DNA of 64,000 nt from a bacterium UBA2219 (GTDB taxonomy: Bacteria; Desulfobacterota; Deferrimicrobia; Deferrimicrobiales; Deferrimicrobiaceae): contig DCUH01000133.1 in NCBI GenBank assembly GCA_002327765.1, forward strand, positions 58,885 through 122,884, given 5' to 3'. Both the position numbers and the translations under genes were made by a program. Positions 1 to 10,276 of this stretch are shown piece after piece (the stretch's first letter is position 1; every line of letters begins with the position of its first letter). The notes under the pieces were generated by a model. That model searched no databases, had not been told where the DNA came from, and was given only the letters and a program-made list of their open reading frames with translations.

Positions 1-548
1 TCGCCGGTCAGAAGCTCCGTGTCGAGTTTGGCCCCCCGGTTCTCCTTCAACGCCTCGAGCGCCTTCTCGAAGTGCGACCGCTCGATCCCCATGACGGTGG
101 AGCCGAACATGGTGATCAGCCGCCGGTAGGTGTCGAGGACGAACCGCTCGTTCCCGGTCTTATCGACCAGCGCCTTCATGGTCGTCGGGGTCATCCCGAG
201 GTTCAGGACGGTGTCCATCATCCCCGGCATGGAGAACTTCGATCCGGAGCGGACGGAAAGAAGGAGCGGCTCCTTCGCGCCCCCGAACTTCATCCCCATC
301 GCCCCCTCGACCTTCTTCAGGTTGAGGAGCACCTGTTCCCACATCCCGGCGGGGTATTTCTTCCTGTTCTCGAAGTAGGAGTTGCACGCTTCGGTGGTGA
401 TGGTGAACCCGGCGGGAACCGGGATCTTCAGGCGCGTCATGTTGGCGAGCCCGGCGCCCTTCCCTCCCAGCAGGTCCTTCATCGTACCGGTGCCGTCGGC
501 CTTCCCGTTACCGAAATAATACACATACTTTTTCGCCATCTTAGCCAT
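1..548 (-). CDS. ppdK: Pyruvate, phosphate dikinase, N-terminal part (partial; continues beyond window start)
   Basis: Reverse-strand translation from ATG (rev-comp of 546-548) gives MAKMAKKYVYYFGNGKADGTGTMKDLLGGKGAGLANMTRLKIPVPAGFTITTEAC..., the canonical PPDK N-terminus. RBS GGAGGG lies 5 nt upstream. The ORF runs off the window edge, so it is absent from the ORF track. Confidence 0.85.
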   Translation of the reverse strand, partial: MAKMAKKYVYYFGNGKADGTGTMKDLLGGKGAGLANMTRLKIPVPAGFTITTEACNSYFENRKKYPAGMWEQVLLNLKKVEGAMGMKFGGAKEPLLLSVRSGSKFSMPGMMDTVLNLGMTPTTMKALVDKTGNERFVLDTYRRLITMFGSTVMGIERSHFEKALEALKENRGAKLDTELLTG

Positions 549-691
549 CACTGCCCTCCGAGAGGCATGGTTGGTTTACAGATGCCTATTATATGGAAAT
601 ACGAGGGGAAAAGAAAATAGGGGCGAAAGGGCCCTTCCCCCGCGGGAAGCCCCCTTTCGCCCCGAAAACCGCGAATGCCGAAGCCTGCGGA

Positions 692-1603
692 CTAATGCTT
701 CTCCTTGCTCTCCTGCTCCGCCAGGACCGCGTTCGTCACCGTAGCGGACTTGGCCGCCTTCTTGTCCCGGATCATCTTGCCAATGGCAAGGACGGCGATG
801 ATGAATACGATATTGACGGCCCAGATGAACCAGTGGGGGGTCGGCTGGCCCCCGAAGAGAGCGTTCGATATCAACCCGGGGTGCCACACGCCTTCTTTGA
901 AGGTTCCGCCCACCCACGGGTCCGTGGTGATCAGCTCGCCCGATACCTTGCCGAGAACCGCTGCGCCGATCCAGACGATGATCGGGTACTTGTCCATCAG
1001 CATCGATAGGAGCGAGCTCGTGCCGACGACGAACGGGATGCTGACGACCAGACCGAAGAGCAGCAGGAAGAGGTTCCCCTTCGACGCGCCGCCGACCGCC
1101 AGCATGTTGTCGAGGGACATGACGAAGTCGGCGATGACGATCAGCTTGATCGCCTCCATCAGCTTGCTCGCCGATTCGACGTGCTCATCTTCGTGCCCCT
1201 GCGTCAAAAGCTTCACGGCGATCCAGAAGATCGCGATTCCGCCGGCGAACTTCAGCAAGGGGATGCGCAGCATCAGCGACACGACCATGGTGCAGATGAT
1301 CCGCAGCACGACCGCGGCGCCCGCGCCGAGGATGATGCCCCATTTCCTCTGTTTCGGGGGAAGGTTCCGGACGGCCAGGGCGATGACGACGGCGTTGTCG
1401 CCCGCCAGGACCAGGTCGATCAGGATGATCTCGAGCACCGCCTGAAAGAACGCCCCGGTGAAGGCGATCCAGCCCAGCTCGAAGCCAAAGAGGTTCAAAT
1501 GCCACGCATCCGGCGGCGCTTCCATTATATGCCCGCCCGATGCCAGGAGCTGGGGCAGGAAGCTGTCGAACCCGAGCATGTTCAGCCAACTCACATCAAA
1601 CAT
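692..1603 (-). CDS. TerC family integral membrane protein
   Basis: 303-aa multi-TM ORF with GDNAVVIAL and DNMLAVGGASKGN motifs typical of TerC/YjbE. GGAGG RBS 8 nt upstream of the ATG. Confidence 0.85.
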   Translation of the reverse strand: MFDVSWLNMLGFDSFLPQLLASGGHIMEAPPDAWHLNLFGFELGWIAFTGAFFQAVLEIILIDLVLAGDNAVVIALAVRNLPPKQRKWGIILGAGAAVVLRIICTMVVSLMLRIPLLKFAGGIAIFWIAVKLLTQGHEDEHVESASKLMEAIKLIVIADFVMSLDNMLAVGGASKGNLFLLLFGLVVSIPFVVGTSSLLSMLMDKYPIIVWIGAAVLGKVSGELITTDPWVGGTFKEGVWHPGLISNALFGGQPTPHWFIWAVNIVFIIAVLAIGKMIRDKKAAKSATVTNAVLAEQESKEKH

Positions 1604-1664
1604 GTAAAACCTCCATCGTTTCTGATTTCCGCTACGGGAGACGGATATTTTCGTGCGAGGCGAT

Positions 1665-2606
1665 CTACATTTTCTTCCGCATCGATTGCCAGCAGTTGGC
1701 GATCGCCGCCTTCAGGAAGCCCTTCGCGGCGGAAGCCTCGGTGGGACAGTAGCCGAGAAGCCCCCGCGCGGAGGCGTCGGAAAGCTCCCAGGGGTCGGCC
1801 AGGAAGGCGGCCCCCGTCCATTCCGGCCTGGGGATGCAACGAACCTCGGAGCGTGAACCGGCGACGTCCCGGGCCATGCGGGCGACCTCTTCCCAGGTGA
1901 CGTAGACGGTGGAGAAGTTGAACGTCTGCCCGAACGCTTTCTCGTTGAAAAGGCACCGCCCCATCCCCTGGGCCAGGTCGGGCATGTAAAGGAAACTGCC
2001 GCCGGAGCCCTCGGGCACTTCCAGGGGGCTTCCGGAGGCAGCGGTTTTCAGCATTTCACGCAGGTGCTTTCCGCCGATCGAGTCGCCGAACGCCCACCAG
2101 AAACGCACCACGGTGGCCGGGACCTTGCCCCCCTTGCCGTACATGAGGCAGAGCTTCTCCGCCGCGGCCTTGGCGATGCCGTAAAGCGGCTTCCTTGCGT
2201 GCTCCACGAGGAGGGGGTGCTCTTCGTCGATCGGGGAATACCGTGGCTTTCCGTACACGACGGCCGTGCTTGTGTAGATCAGGTGCCGTACCTTCCGGGC
2301 GGCCGCCTCCTCGAGAAGATAAAGGTGGCCCTTGAGGTCTCCCTCGAACACTTCCAGCGGGTCTTCGGAAAAGGACCAGGCCAGGTGGAGTATCGCGTCC
2401 ACCCCCTCGACGGCCGACCTGACGGCGTCCCTGTCCTCGAGCCCCGACTGGATGAAGCTGAACCTATCGTTCTTTATCGACCGGACGGGCTCCACGTTCT
2501 TGTCGATCACCCGGACCGCATGGCCGCGTTCCAGAAGCCAGGCAACCAGGGAACGGCCGCAGTCCCCCGCCCCCCCGGTGATCAGGATTTTCGATCCGTT
2601 CGTCAT
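1665..2606 (-). CDS. NAD-dependent epimerase/dehydratase (extended SDR)
   Basis: N-terminal ILITGGAGDCG Rossmann motif, catalytic YGIAK (YxxxK), 313 aa. Confidence 0.85.
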   Translation of the reverse strand: MTNGSKILITGGAGDCGRSLVAWLLERGHAVRVIDKNVEPVRSIKNDRFSFIQSGLEDRDAVRSAVEGVDAILHLAWSFSEDPLEVFEGDLKGHLYLLEEAAARKVRHLIYTSTAVVYGKPRYSPIDEEHPLLVEHARKPLYGIAKAAAEKLCLMYGKGGKVPATVVRFWWAFGDSIGGKHLREMLKTAASGSPLEVPEGSGGSFLYMPDLAQGMGRCLFNEKAFGQTFNFSTVYVTWEEVARMARDVAGSRSEVRCIPRPEWTGAAFLADPWELSDASARGLLGYCPTEASAAKGFLKAAIANCWQSMRKKM

Positions 2607-2773
2607 GTTCTTCCGCTTCCTATGAAAAAAGGGAGCGGCTCGGGAAATCGACCGAACCCGATTCCCCTGACCGCTCCCCCAAGGCCAAATGGAGCAAACA
2701 GGCAGTCACAAACGTTTCTCCGGTACCATCGGCCGTTTCCCGGCCGACATTCGTGATCGCTACTACCCCGGAC

Positions 2774-4291
2774 TCACCCGGGTCCGACACTGCTTTTCTG
2801 CGCCTTTCTTTTCGCCAGGAATTCCGAAATGCTCGGCCAGAAGAAGATGATGATGGCCGCGATCATGAGCGGAAGTGCGATCGGGGGCGCGAACAGGACG
2901 AGAGGGCTGCCGCCCGAAATGAGCAGCGCCTGCCGCAGCGCCGATTCCGCCATGTCGCCCAGGACGAGCGCCAGGACGCAGGGGGCCAGCGGGTAATCGA
3001 GCTTTTTGAACAGGTACCCGAAAACGCCGAAGATGATCATGTAATAGATGTCGATCAGCCGGTTGTTCACCGCGTAGGCGCCGATCGCGCAGACGTACAC
3101 GATGATGGGCATGATGATCGCGAAGCGGACCTGGAGGATCGACGCGAAGATCGGCGCGAACGCCAGAACGACGATGAGCCCCAGGGTGTTGCCGATCCAG
3201 CAGCTTCCGATGAAGCCCCAAACGAAGTCCGCATGTTCCTTGAAGAGCATCGGTCCGGGAACCAAACCGAAGATCATGAGACCGCCCATGATGACGGCCA
3301 TGGTCGGGGAGCCGGGGATTCCCAGGGTGATCATAGGGAGGGCCGCAGAGGTGCCGGCCCCGTGGGCGGCCGCCTCGGGGGCGACGATCCCGTCCGGGGC
3401 GCCTTTTCCGAACATTTCCTTGTTCTTCGACCCCTGCTTGGCGAAGCCGTACGCCATGAAGGACGCGGGGGTCGCGCCGCCGGGCTTCAGCCCCATCCAG
3501 CAGCCGACGAGCATGCCGAGGATGAGCGCCTTGTATTCCTTGAACACTTCGAGAACACCGCTCGTAATATCCTTCAAATGGATCTTTCCGCCCTTGCCTT
3601 CGATCTTCAGGCCTTCCTCGACCGTGAGGAAGATCTCGCCGAGGCCGAACAGACCGATGACCGCGACGATGAAGTTGAACCCGCCCATCAGGTTGATGGA
3701 GCCGTACGTCAGCCGGAGCGCCCCCGTGACGGTGTCCATGCCGACCGAGGCCAGCAGGAACCCGAGGAAGATGGAAACGCAGGTCTTGACCGCGTCCTTG
3801 CCGCCCAAACCGACGAAAGCGCTGAACGTGAGCATCATGACGGCGAAGATCTCGGCGGGGCCGAACCGCAGCGCGAACTCCGAGATGATCGGCGCGAAGA
3901 AGCTGAGCATGATGACGCCGAGAACGGCGCCGAAGAAGTGGGACACGAACGCCAGAACCAGGGCCCTGCCCGGCTCCCCCTTGTTCGCCATTGGGTAGCC
4001 GTCGAATGTGGCCGCCACCGACCATGGCTCGCCGGGGATGTTGAAGAGGATGGACGTGATGCTCCCTCCGTAGAGCGACCCCCAGTAGATGCTCGCCAGG
4101 AGGATGATGCCCGCGATGGGGGGCATTGCGACCGTGAGCGGGATGAGGATGGCCACTCCGTTCGCACCGCCAAGGCCGGGAAGAACGCCGACGATGACGC
4201 CGAGAACCAGCCCGATCATGGCGACCAGGAAGTTGTACGGCTGCATCGCAACGGAGATGCCCAGCCATAGGTTATGCATATTCTCTGCCAC
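2774..4291 (-). CDS. tctA: Tripartite tricarboxylate transporter large permease TctA
   Basis: 505-aa polytopic membrane protein with TctA/DUF112-type repeats. Adjacent to tctB and tctC. Confidence 0.9.
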   Translation of the reverse strand: MAENMHNLWLGISVAMQPYNFLVAMIGLVLGVIVGVLPGLGGANGVAILIPLTVAMPPIAGIILLASIYWGSLYGGSITSILFNIPGEPWSVAATFDGYPMANKGEPGRALVLAFVSHFFGAVLGVIMLSFFAPIISEFALRFGPAEIFAVMMLTFSAFVGLGGKDAVKTCVSIFLGFLLASVGMDTVTGALRLTYGSINLMGGFNFIVAVIGLFGLGEIFLTVEEGLKIEGKGGKIHLKDITSGVLEVFKEYKALILGMLVGCWMGLKPGGATPASFMAYGFAKQGSKNKEMFGKGAPDGIVAPEAAAHGAGTSAALPMITLGIPGSPTMAVIMGGLMIFGLVPGPMLFKEHADFVWGFIGSCWIGNTLGLIVVLAFAPIFASILQVRFAIIMPIIVYVCAIGAYAVNNRLIDIYYMIIFGVFGYLFKKLDYPLAPCVLALVLGDMAESALRQALLISGGSPLVLFAPPIALPLMIAAIIIFFWPSISEFLAKRKAQKSSVGPG

Positions 4292-4309
4292 GTTGATCTC
4301 CCTCCAATA

Positions 4310-4792
4310 TCAAAATGGAAGCGTATACAGACTTCCCAGCCACCCCGACGGCAGCGGAATCAGGAACAACCGGTCGAAAATGATGTAAAGGGAAACGGGG
4401 AACAGAATGCCAACCATAAAGCACTTGACCCACTCAATCTTTCCGACTTCCCGCATGTAGAAGACGATGAAGACGAACGCCGAGACGTGAAGACCGAGAA
4501 TCGGGATGAGCGAAACCATTACGGTGGACGGGATAAGTACCCACAGGATCGGCTTCAGGCCCCCCTCCTGGATCAACGGCTTCCCGGGGCCTTCCGCCTT
4601 CAGTTTTTTGATTCCCTTGAAGATGGTGAGGGTCGTTCCGATAATGACGCCCAGCGCCAGGTAAAACGGAAGGTAGCCGGGTCCGGGACCGATCGTCGGG
4701 TCCCAACGGAACCCCAGCCGGACGGCGTCAAAAAGACAGATCGCCCCCAACACGAATAAAAAGACAGCCAGCCAAATGTTGGCCTTGCGCAT
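4310..4792 (-). CDS. tctB: Tripartite tricarboxylate transporter small subunit TctB
   Basis: 160-aa protein with 4 TM segments, lying between tctA and tctC in the usual operon order. Confidence 0.75.
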   Translation of the reverse strand: MRKANIWLAVFLFVLGAICLFDAVRLGFRWDPTIGPGPGYLPFYLALGVIIGTTLTIFKGIKKLKAEGPGKPLIQEGGLKPILWVLIPSTVMVSLIPILGLHVSAFVFIVFYMREVGKIEWVKCFMVGILFPVSLYIIFDRLFLIPLPSGWLGSLYTLPF

Positions 4793-4892
4793 CTTCCCTC
4801 CCCTATCCGAACCGATATTAGAAGCTGCACAAATGGAGGAAGCAGGGCAGGGTCGTCCTGCTTCCTCCGGTTTTTAACCTTTCCGGTCCTTG

Positions 4893-5881
4893 TTACTTCA
4901 GAAGCTTTCCGGAGGCCATGAGTTCCTTGGTCTCTTTTTCCTTGGCTTCGAGCCAGGTAACGTACTCCGCGCCGGTAATGAACGCAGGCTTCAGCCCCAT
5001 GTCTTCCGTGTACTTCTTCCACTCGGGCGTCTCGGTGACCTTCTTCATGACGTTGACGTAGAAGTCGATCTCTTCCTGCTTTACACCCGGAGCCATGAAG
5101 ATGCCGCGGAGCATCAGGTAGCTGATGTCCTTGCCCGTGGCCTCTTTCATCGTGGGAACGTCTTTCCAGCCGGCGAAAGGCATTCTCTCGTGGTCGAGCA
5201 GAGCCAGCGGCTTCAGCCGGCCGGCTTTCCAGTGGCTGACCGCTTCCGCCGGGTTGTTGACCGTCGAGTCGACGTGCTTGCCGACGAGCTCGACCGCGAC
5301 CGCGCCGCCGCCCTTGAACGGGACGTAGTTGAACTTCACGCCGAACTGCTGCTCGAGGAGGACCGTGATGATCTGGTCTTCCTGCTTTGCACCCGTGCCG
5401 CCCATGGTGAACTTGCCGGGGGTCTTCTTGACCTCGGCGAAGTAATCATTGGGGGTCTTGTACGGAGTCTCGGCGTTGACCCAGAGGATGAAATAGTCGA
5501 GCGCCAGCCGCGCGACCGGGGTCATGTCCCGCCAGTTGAAGGGAACGCCCGTCGCGAGCGGCGTGGTGAACAGGTTGTCGAGGGTGATGATGATGACGTG
5601 CGGGTTGCCCTTCTGGCCCTTCACATACATGAAACCTTCGGCACCGGCTCCAGCGGACTTGTTGATGACGACGAAGGGTTTGGGGGAAAGCTTGTGCTTG
5701 GAAATGATCGGAGCGATGAAGCGAGCCATAACGTCCGCGCCGCCGCCGGCACCTGCCGGGATGATGAACTCGACGGGCATCTTCGGCTCCCAGGCTTTTG
5801 CTGTGCCAATTGAGGTGATGACCAGCGCCAATGAGCATGCGAGAACCATGAGAATCTTAAGCCCAGTAAACCTCTTGCTCA
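4893..5881 (-). CDS. tctC: Tripartite tricarboxylate transporter substrate-binding protein TctC (Bug family)
   Basis: Periplasmic binding-protein fold with signal peptide MSKRFTGLKILMVLACSLALVITSIGTAKA. Start chosen at internal ATG (rev-comp of 5879-5881), preceded by a GGGGG RBS. The longer ORF-track start adds a non-signal N-extension. Confidence 0.85.
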
Positions 5882-6165
5882 TGGAATACACCCCCATGTG
5901 AGATTTTTTGTTGCCGACCTCAACAGTCACATACAACAAGCCTCCTCCCTTCTTTTGGAGCATCCCCGGGGCTTGATCGAACAGGAACGCTGTTCGTCCA
6001 TCCTTCTGTCCGGGCCAACGCCAAGGCAGGCCTCAGGCACAGTGTCCCGGGAGCGGCTCCAGGGGGGATAAACCTGGCGGCGCAACCGGGACCGATTATA
6101 TCTCCTGCAAGGATAGACGATTTTCCCAACTTTGCATTCAAAATTTTTGTGTCCAGAAGTGGAGC

Positions 6166-6193
6166 GAGGGACACAGGTCGCCCTGTGTCCCTC
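6166..6193 (-). terminator. Perfect 12-bp hairpin GAGGGACACAGG-tcgc-CCTGTGTCCCTC immediately 3' of porB; possible terminator of the por operon
   Basis: Seen directly: 12-bp perfect inverted repeat with 4-nt loop, 16 nt after the porB stop. The downstream U-tract is weak (acaaaaauuuug begins 8 nt later), so the call is tentative. Confidence 0.3.
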
Positions 6194-6208
6194 GTCCGGT
6201 GCACCGTG

Positions 6209-7219
<1,011 letters not shown>

Positions 7220-7222
7220 TTA

Positions 7223-8416
7223 CTAGATGCCGTTGTCGAAACCGCACCAGTAAACGTACTGGTCGCACTTGCCCTGCTTCGCGTGCTTCTCGAGGATCTT
7301 CGCCATGTTGTAGAACTCCTCGAGAGAGATGACTTCGCCGCCCAGACCGGCCATGAACGAGCAGCAGACGGGCTGCTTCGGCGAATCATACAGGGAGGCG
7401 CGGACTTCGTGCTGCAGCTCGCCGCCCTTCATCGCGCCGCCGTAGCAGGTCTGCGACTCGACGACACCGACGGCCTTGAACTTGGAGAGAACTTCGCAAA
7501 CGGCAGCGGTCGGCCAGGGACGGACGAAGCGGAGCTTCACCATACCGACCTTCGCGCCCTTCTTGCGGAGGTGGTCAACCGCAAACCGGGCGGTACGGCA
7601 GTGGGCGCCCTGCAGGAAGAACACGTACTCGGCGCCGTCGGTCTTGTATTCTTCGAGCCACACGGGATAGCTGCGGCCCATGGCCTTGTTGTAGTCGTTG
7701 ACGGCCTGCTCGATAACCTTCGGGGCGTTCAGGAACGCCTGGGCTCTCTGCAGGTCGATCGCCGGCCCCTGGTCCGGGAAGATCTGCGGGCCGTGGTTGG
7801 TCGGGTTCTGGGGATTCAGGGCGTGCGGGCAGTTGTAAGGAGGCAGATACTCATCGACCGCGGCCTGGTCCGGGATGCTGACCTTGTTGGGGATGTGCGA
7901 CACGAAATAACCGTCCTGCACCTGCCACTGCGGCAGCATGACCTTCGGGTCTTCGCCGGCTTTGTAGTAGATGATGCAGTTGTCCATGCTCTCTTCCGGC
8001 GTCTCGGCCCAGCCGAGGATCCACCCCTGGTTGTTCACGGACATGACGTCGGTGTGCTCGGAACCGAAGTCGCCGGGGGGGTCATACGCACGGTCTGCGA
8101 TCGCCATCTGGCACGGATACCGGCCACCGGAGATCGGGGAGTACACTTCCATCGCATACGCAACACCGACGCCCGAGGAGCCCGTGTAAGCACGGGCGCC
8201 GGCCGCCGACGCACCCTGGGTAACCGAAACCTGGGCGTGCTCGCCTTCGCCGTGCACGAACTCGGCATCCAGCTCACCAGCCGCCACCATTCTCGACAGC
8301 TCCATCATGATACCGGTATACGGACGGATCGGGTACGAGGTGATGACCTCGACTCTCGCCAACTTGGCGCCGTTTGCAGTGGCGGCGCAACCTGCCATGT
8401 AAGCTTCTTTCGGCAT
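7223..8416 (-). CDS. porA: 2-oxoacid:ferredoxin oxidoreductase alpha subunit
   Basis: 397-aa protein with the POR alpha domain architecture. Lies between the delta and beta subunit genes. Confidence 0.9.
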   Translation of the reverse strand: MPKEAYMAGCAATANGAKLARVEVITSYPIRPYTGIMMELSRMVAAGELDAEFVHGEGEHAQVSVTQGASAAGARAYTGSSGVGVAYAMEVYSPISGGRYPCQMAIADRAYDPPGDFGSEHTDVMSVNNQGWILGWAETPEESMDNCIIYYKAGEDPKVMLPQWQVQDGYFVSHIPNKVSIPDQAAVDEYLPPYNCPHALNPQNPTNHGPQIFPDQGPAIDLQRAQAFLNAPKVIEQAVNDYNKAMGRSYPVWLEEYKTDGAEYVFFLQGAHCRTARFAVDHLRKKGAKVGMVKLRFVRPWPTAAVCEVLSKFKAVGVVESQTCYGGAMKGGELQHEVRASLYDSPKQPVCCSFMAGLGGEVISLEEFYNMAKILEKHAKQGKCDQYVYWCGFDNGI

Positions 8417-8436
8417 GTGAATTCTCCTCCTGGGAT

Positions 8437-8784
8437 CTAGTAAGGCTTATCAAGACGGGCGACGCCGCCTTTGAAATTCAGTTCGTTCTCGAGCCGAAGC
8501 GCATCGGCCGGGCACTCTTCCACGCAAATCCGGCAGCCCTTGCAGTAAATGGCGTCCCACACCATCTTCTCGGACTTCGGATCCAGGTGCCAGCAGCTGT
8601 CCGGGCAATAGATGAAGCAGTTGAGGCAGGTGGTGCACTTTTCGTGATCGATGACCGGGCGCTCGATCCGCCAGTTGCCGGTCTTCATCATCGGCTGCTC
8701 GCCGACCGGGGCCGGAACCACGGCGCCGTCAGCGATTTCCAGGTGCTTGGGAATCCGGAACTTTTCGCAGTACAGAGGACTCAT
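8437..8784 (-). CDS. porD: 2-oxoacid:ferredoxin oxidoreductase delta subunit (2x[4Fe-4S] ferredoxin)
   Basis: Two CxxCxxCxxxCP motifs (CTTCLNCFIYCP and CKGCRICVEECP) in a 115-aa protein. Confidence 0.85.
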   Translation of the reverse strand: MSPLYCEKFRIPKHLEIADGAVVPAPVGEQPMMKTGNWRIERPVIDHEKCTTCLNCFIYCPDSCWHLDPKSEKMVWDAIYCKGCRICVEECPADALRLENELNFKGGVARLDKPY

Positions 8785-8803
8785 GTTTTTCTCCTTCCAG
8801 CCC

Positions 8804-9418
8804 TTATAAAGTTTTCACTACGGCGGTCTTGGCGCCTTCCTTCACACCCGCCTTGTTCGCCGCGGAAGCGACGACGTGGTCCAGCTTGAACTTGTCGCAA
8901 ACCTTGGTAGCCGCGCCGCACAGCGGAGCCGCGATGCCGACCGCGACCGAAACGGCTTCCACGCCGCCTTCAGAACCCATGAAGTCGACGCTCTCCAGGC
9001 CGGTGCCGCCCGCGATGCCGGTGGCATCCACGAGAACCAGCGCGGACAGAAGGTCCTTGTTCGGGATCAGGGAGAGGATCTCGTCGGCCGACCGCTTGGT
9101 GTTGACGACGAGCTGGCCGCCCTTGGGCATCCCGCGAAGAATGTCGATGCCCTTGATGATGGTGTCGTCCATGACGAGGACGAGCTGCGGGTTGTCGTTT
9201 TCATAGAGGTACCGCATCTCGATCTCTTCGTCGCTGACGCGGCAATACTTGCGAAGCGGAACCTGCACGCGGTCCGGAAGGTCCGCGTAGTTATCCCAAG
9301 CCTGGACGAACTTGCCGTCCTTCGCCGCTGCATTGGCGAGGACCAGCGAGAGGTGTCTTCCTTCCATATCCTGGATCACGCCACGGCACCAGATCGTTAC
9401 TTCAAACACATCTGCCAT
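8804..9418 (-). CDS. porG: 2-oxoacid:ferredoxin oxidoreductase gamma subunit
   Basis: POR gamma fold (MADVFEVTIWCRGVIQDMEG...). Start set at internal ATG (rev-comp of 9416-9418) with a GGAGGA RBS. The ORF-track start adds 24 basic residues that are unlikely to be real. Confidence 0.85.
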   Translation of the reverse strand: MADVFEVTIWCRGVIQDMEGRHLSLVLANAAAKDGKFVQAWDNYADLPDRVQVPLRKYCRVSDEEIEMRYLYENDNPQLVLVMDDTIIKGIDILRGMPKGGQLVVNTKRSADEILSLIPNKDLLSALVLVDATGIAGGTGLESVDFMGSEGGVEAVSVAVGIAAPLCGAATKVCDKFKLDHVVASAANKAGVKEGAKTAVVKTL

Positions 9419-9522
9419 TTTGTCCTTCCTCCTTCGTTTGTCTACGTCTATGCGGATAGGTACGTACTGCCGAACAACTTCTTGTTTCACCTCCTTTCCC
9501 GTCGTTTATGCCGAGACTTCGC

Positions 9523-10251
9523 CTACTGCACCCTGCTCTTTCTCCCCATCATTTCGAAAAGGCTGTTCTCTATGTCGATCAGGTGCTCGCGCATGGCCGC
9601 CGCCGCGCCTTCCGGATCGCGGGCCTTGATCGCGTCGAGCAGCTCCCTGTGGCGCTGTATGGATTTCTCGGGCCTGCCCTCGACCTGGAGAAAATTGTCC
9701 CGGCTCTCCAGGAAAAGGCTCATGTTGTTGTCGACAATGTGGAGGAGAAAACGGTTCCTCGCCGCACCGGCCAGGAGGTAATGGAAGTTCCGGTCGATCT
9801 CCGTGCCCGACCCGCCCCTGGTGATCTCCCGCTCCTGGAGGGCCAGGGTTTTCTCCATCACCTGGATCTCTTCGTCGGTCGCGCGTTCGGCAGCGAGCCA
9901 TGCGAGCTGCGGCTCGATCAGCCGGCGCATCTCGAACAGCTCCCGCTGGCCGTCCTTCTCGGAACAGATGACGGAGGCCAACGGGTTGACCAGCGATTCC
10001 ACGGGATGTTTCGCGATGTAGGTGCCGTTGCCTTGACGGCTCTCGAGAAGGCCCTGACTTTCCAGGGAACGGATGGCCTCGCGGACGGAAGAACGGCTGA
10101 CCCGAAAGACCTCAGCCAGTTCCCGCTCGACGGGGAGCTGATCTCCGGACTTGAATCGACCCTTGTCGATCATGTCTTTGATCTTCGCAACGATTTCCTC
10201 ATACACTCTCGTCTTCTTGACCGGCTTGAACAGCTTTAACTTCTTCTTCAC
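9523..10251 (-). CDS. GntR-family transcriptional regulator, FadR/FCD subfamily
   Basis: N-terminal winged HTH (YEEIVAKIKDMIDKGRFKSGDQLPVERELAEVFRVSRSSVREAIRSLE) plus a C-terminal FCD ligand-binding domain. 242 aa. Confidence 0.85.
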   Translation of the reverse strand: MKKKLKLFKPVKKTRVYEEIVAKIKDMIDKGRFKSGDQLPVERELAEVFRVSRSSVREAIRSLESQGLLESRQGNGTYIAKHPVESLVNPLASVICSEKDGQRELFEMRRLIEPQLAWLAAERATDEEIQVMEKTLALQEREITRGGSGTEIDRNFHYLLAGAARNRFLLHIVDNNMSLFLESRDNFLQVEGRPEKSIQRHRELLDAIKARDPEGAAAAMREHLIDIENSLFEMMGRKSRVQ

Positions 10252-10276
10252 CCGGGCTCCCCGCCGAAAGAGGGCG

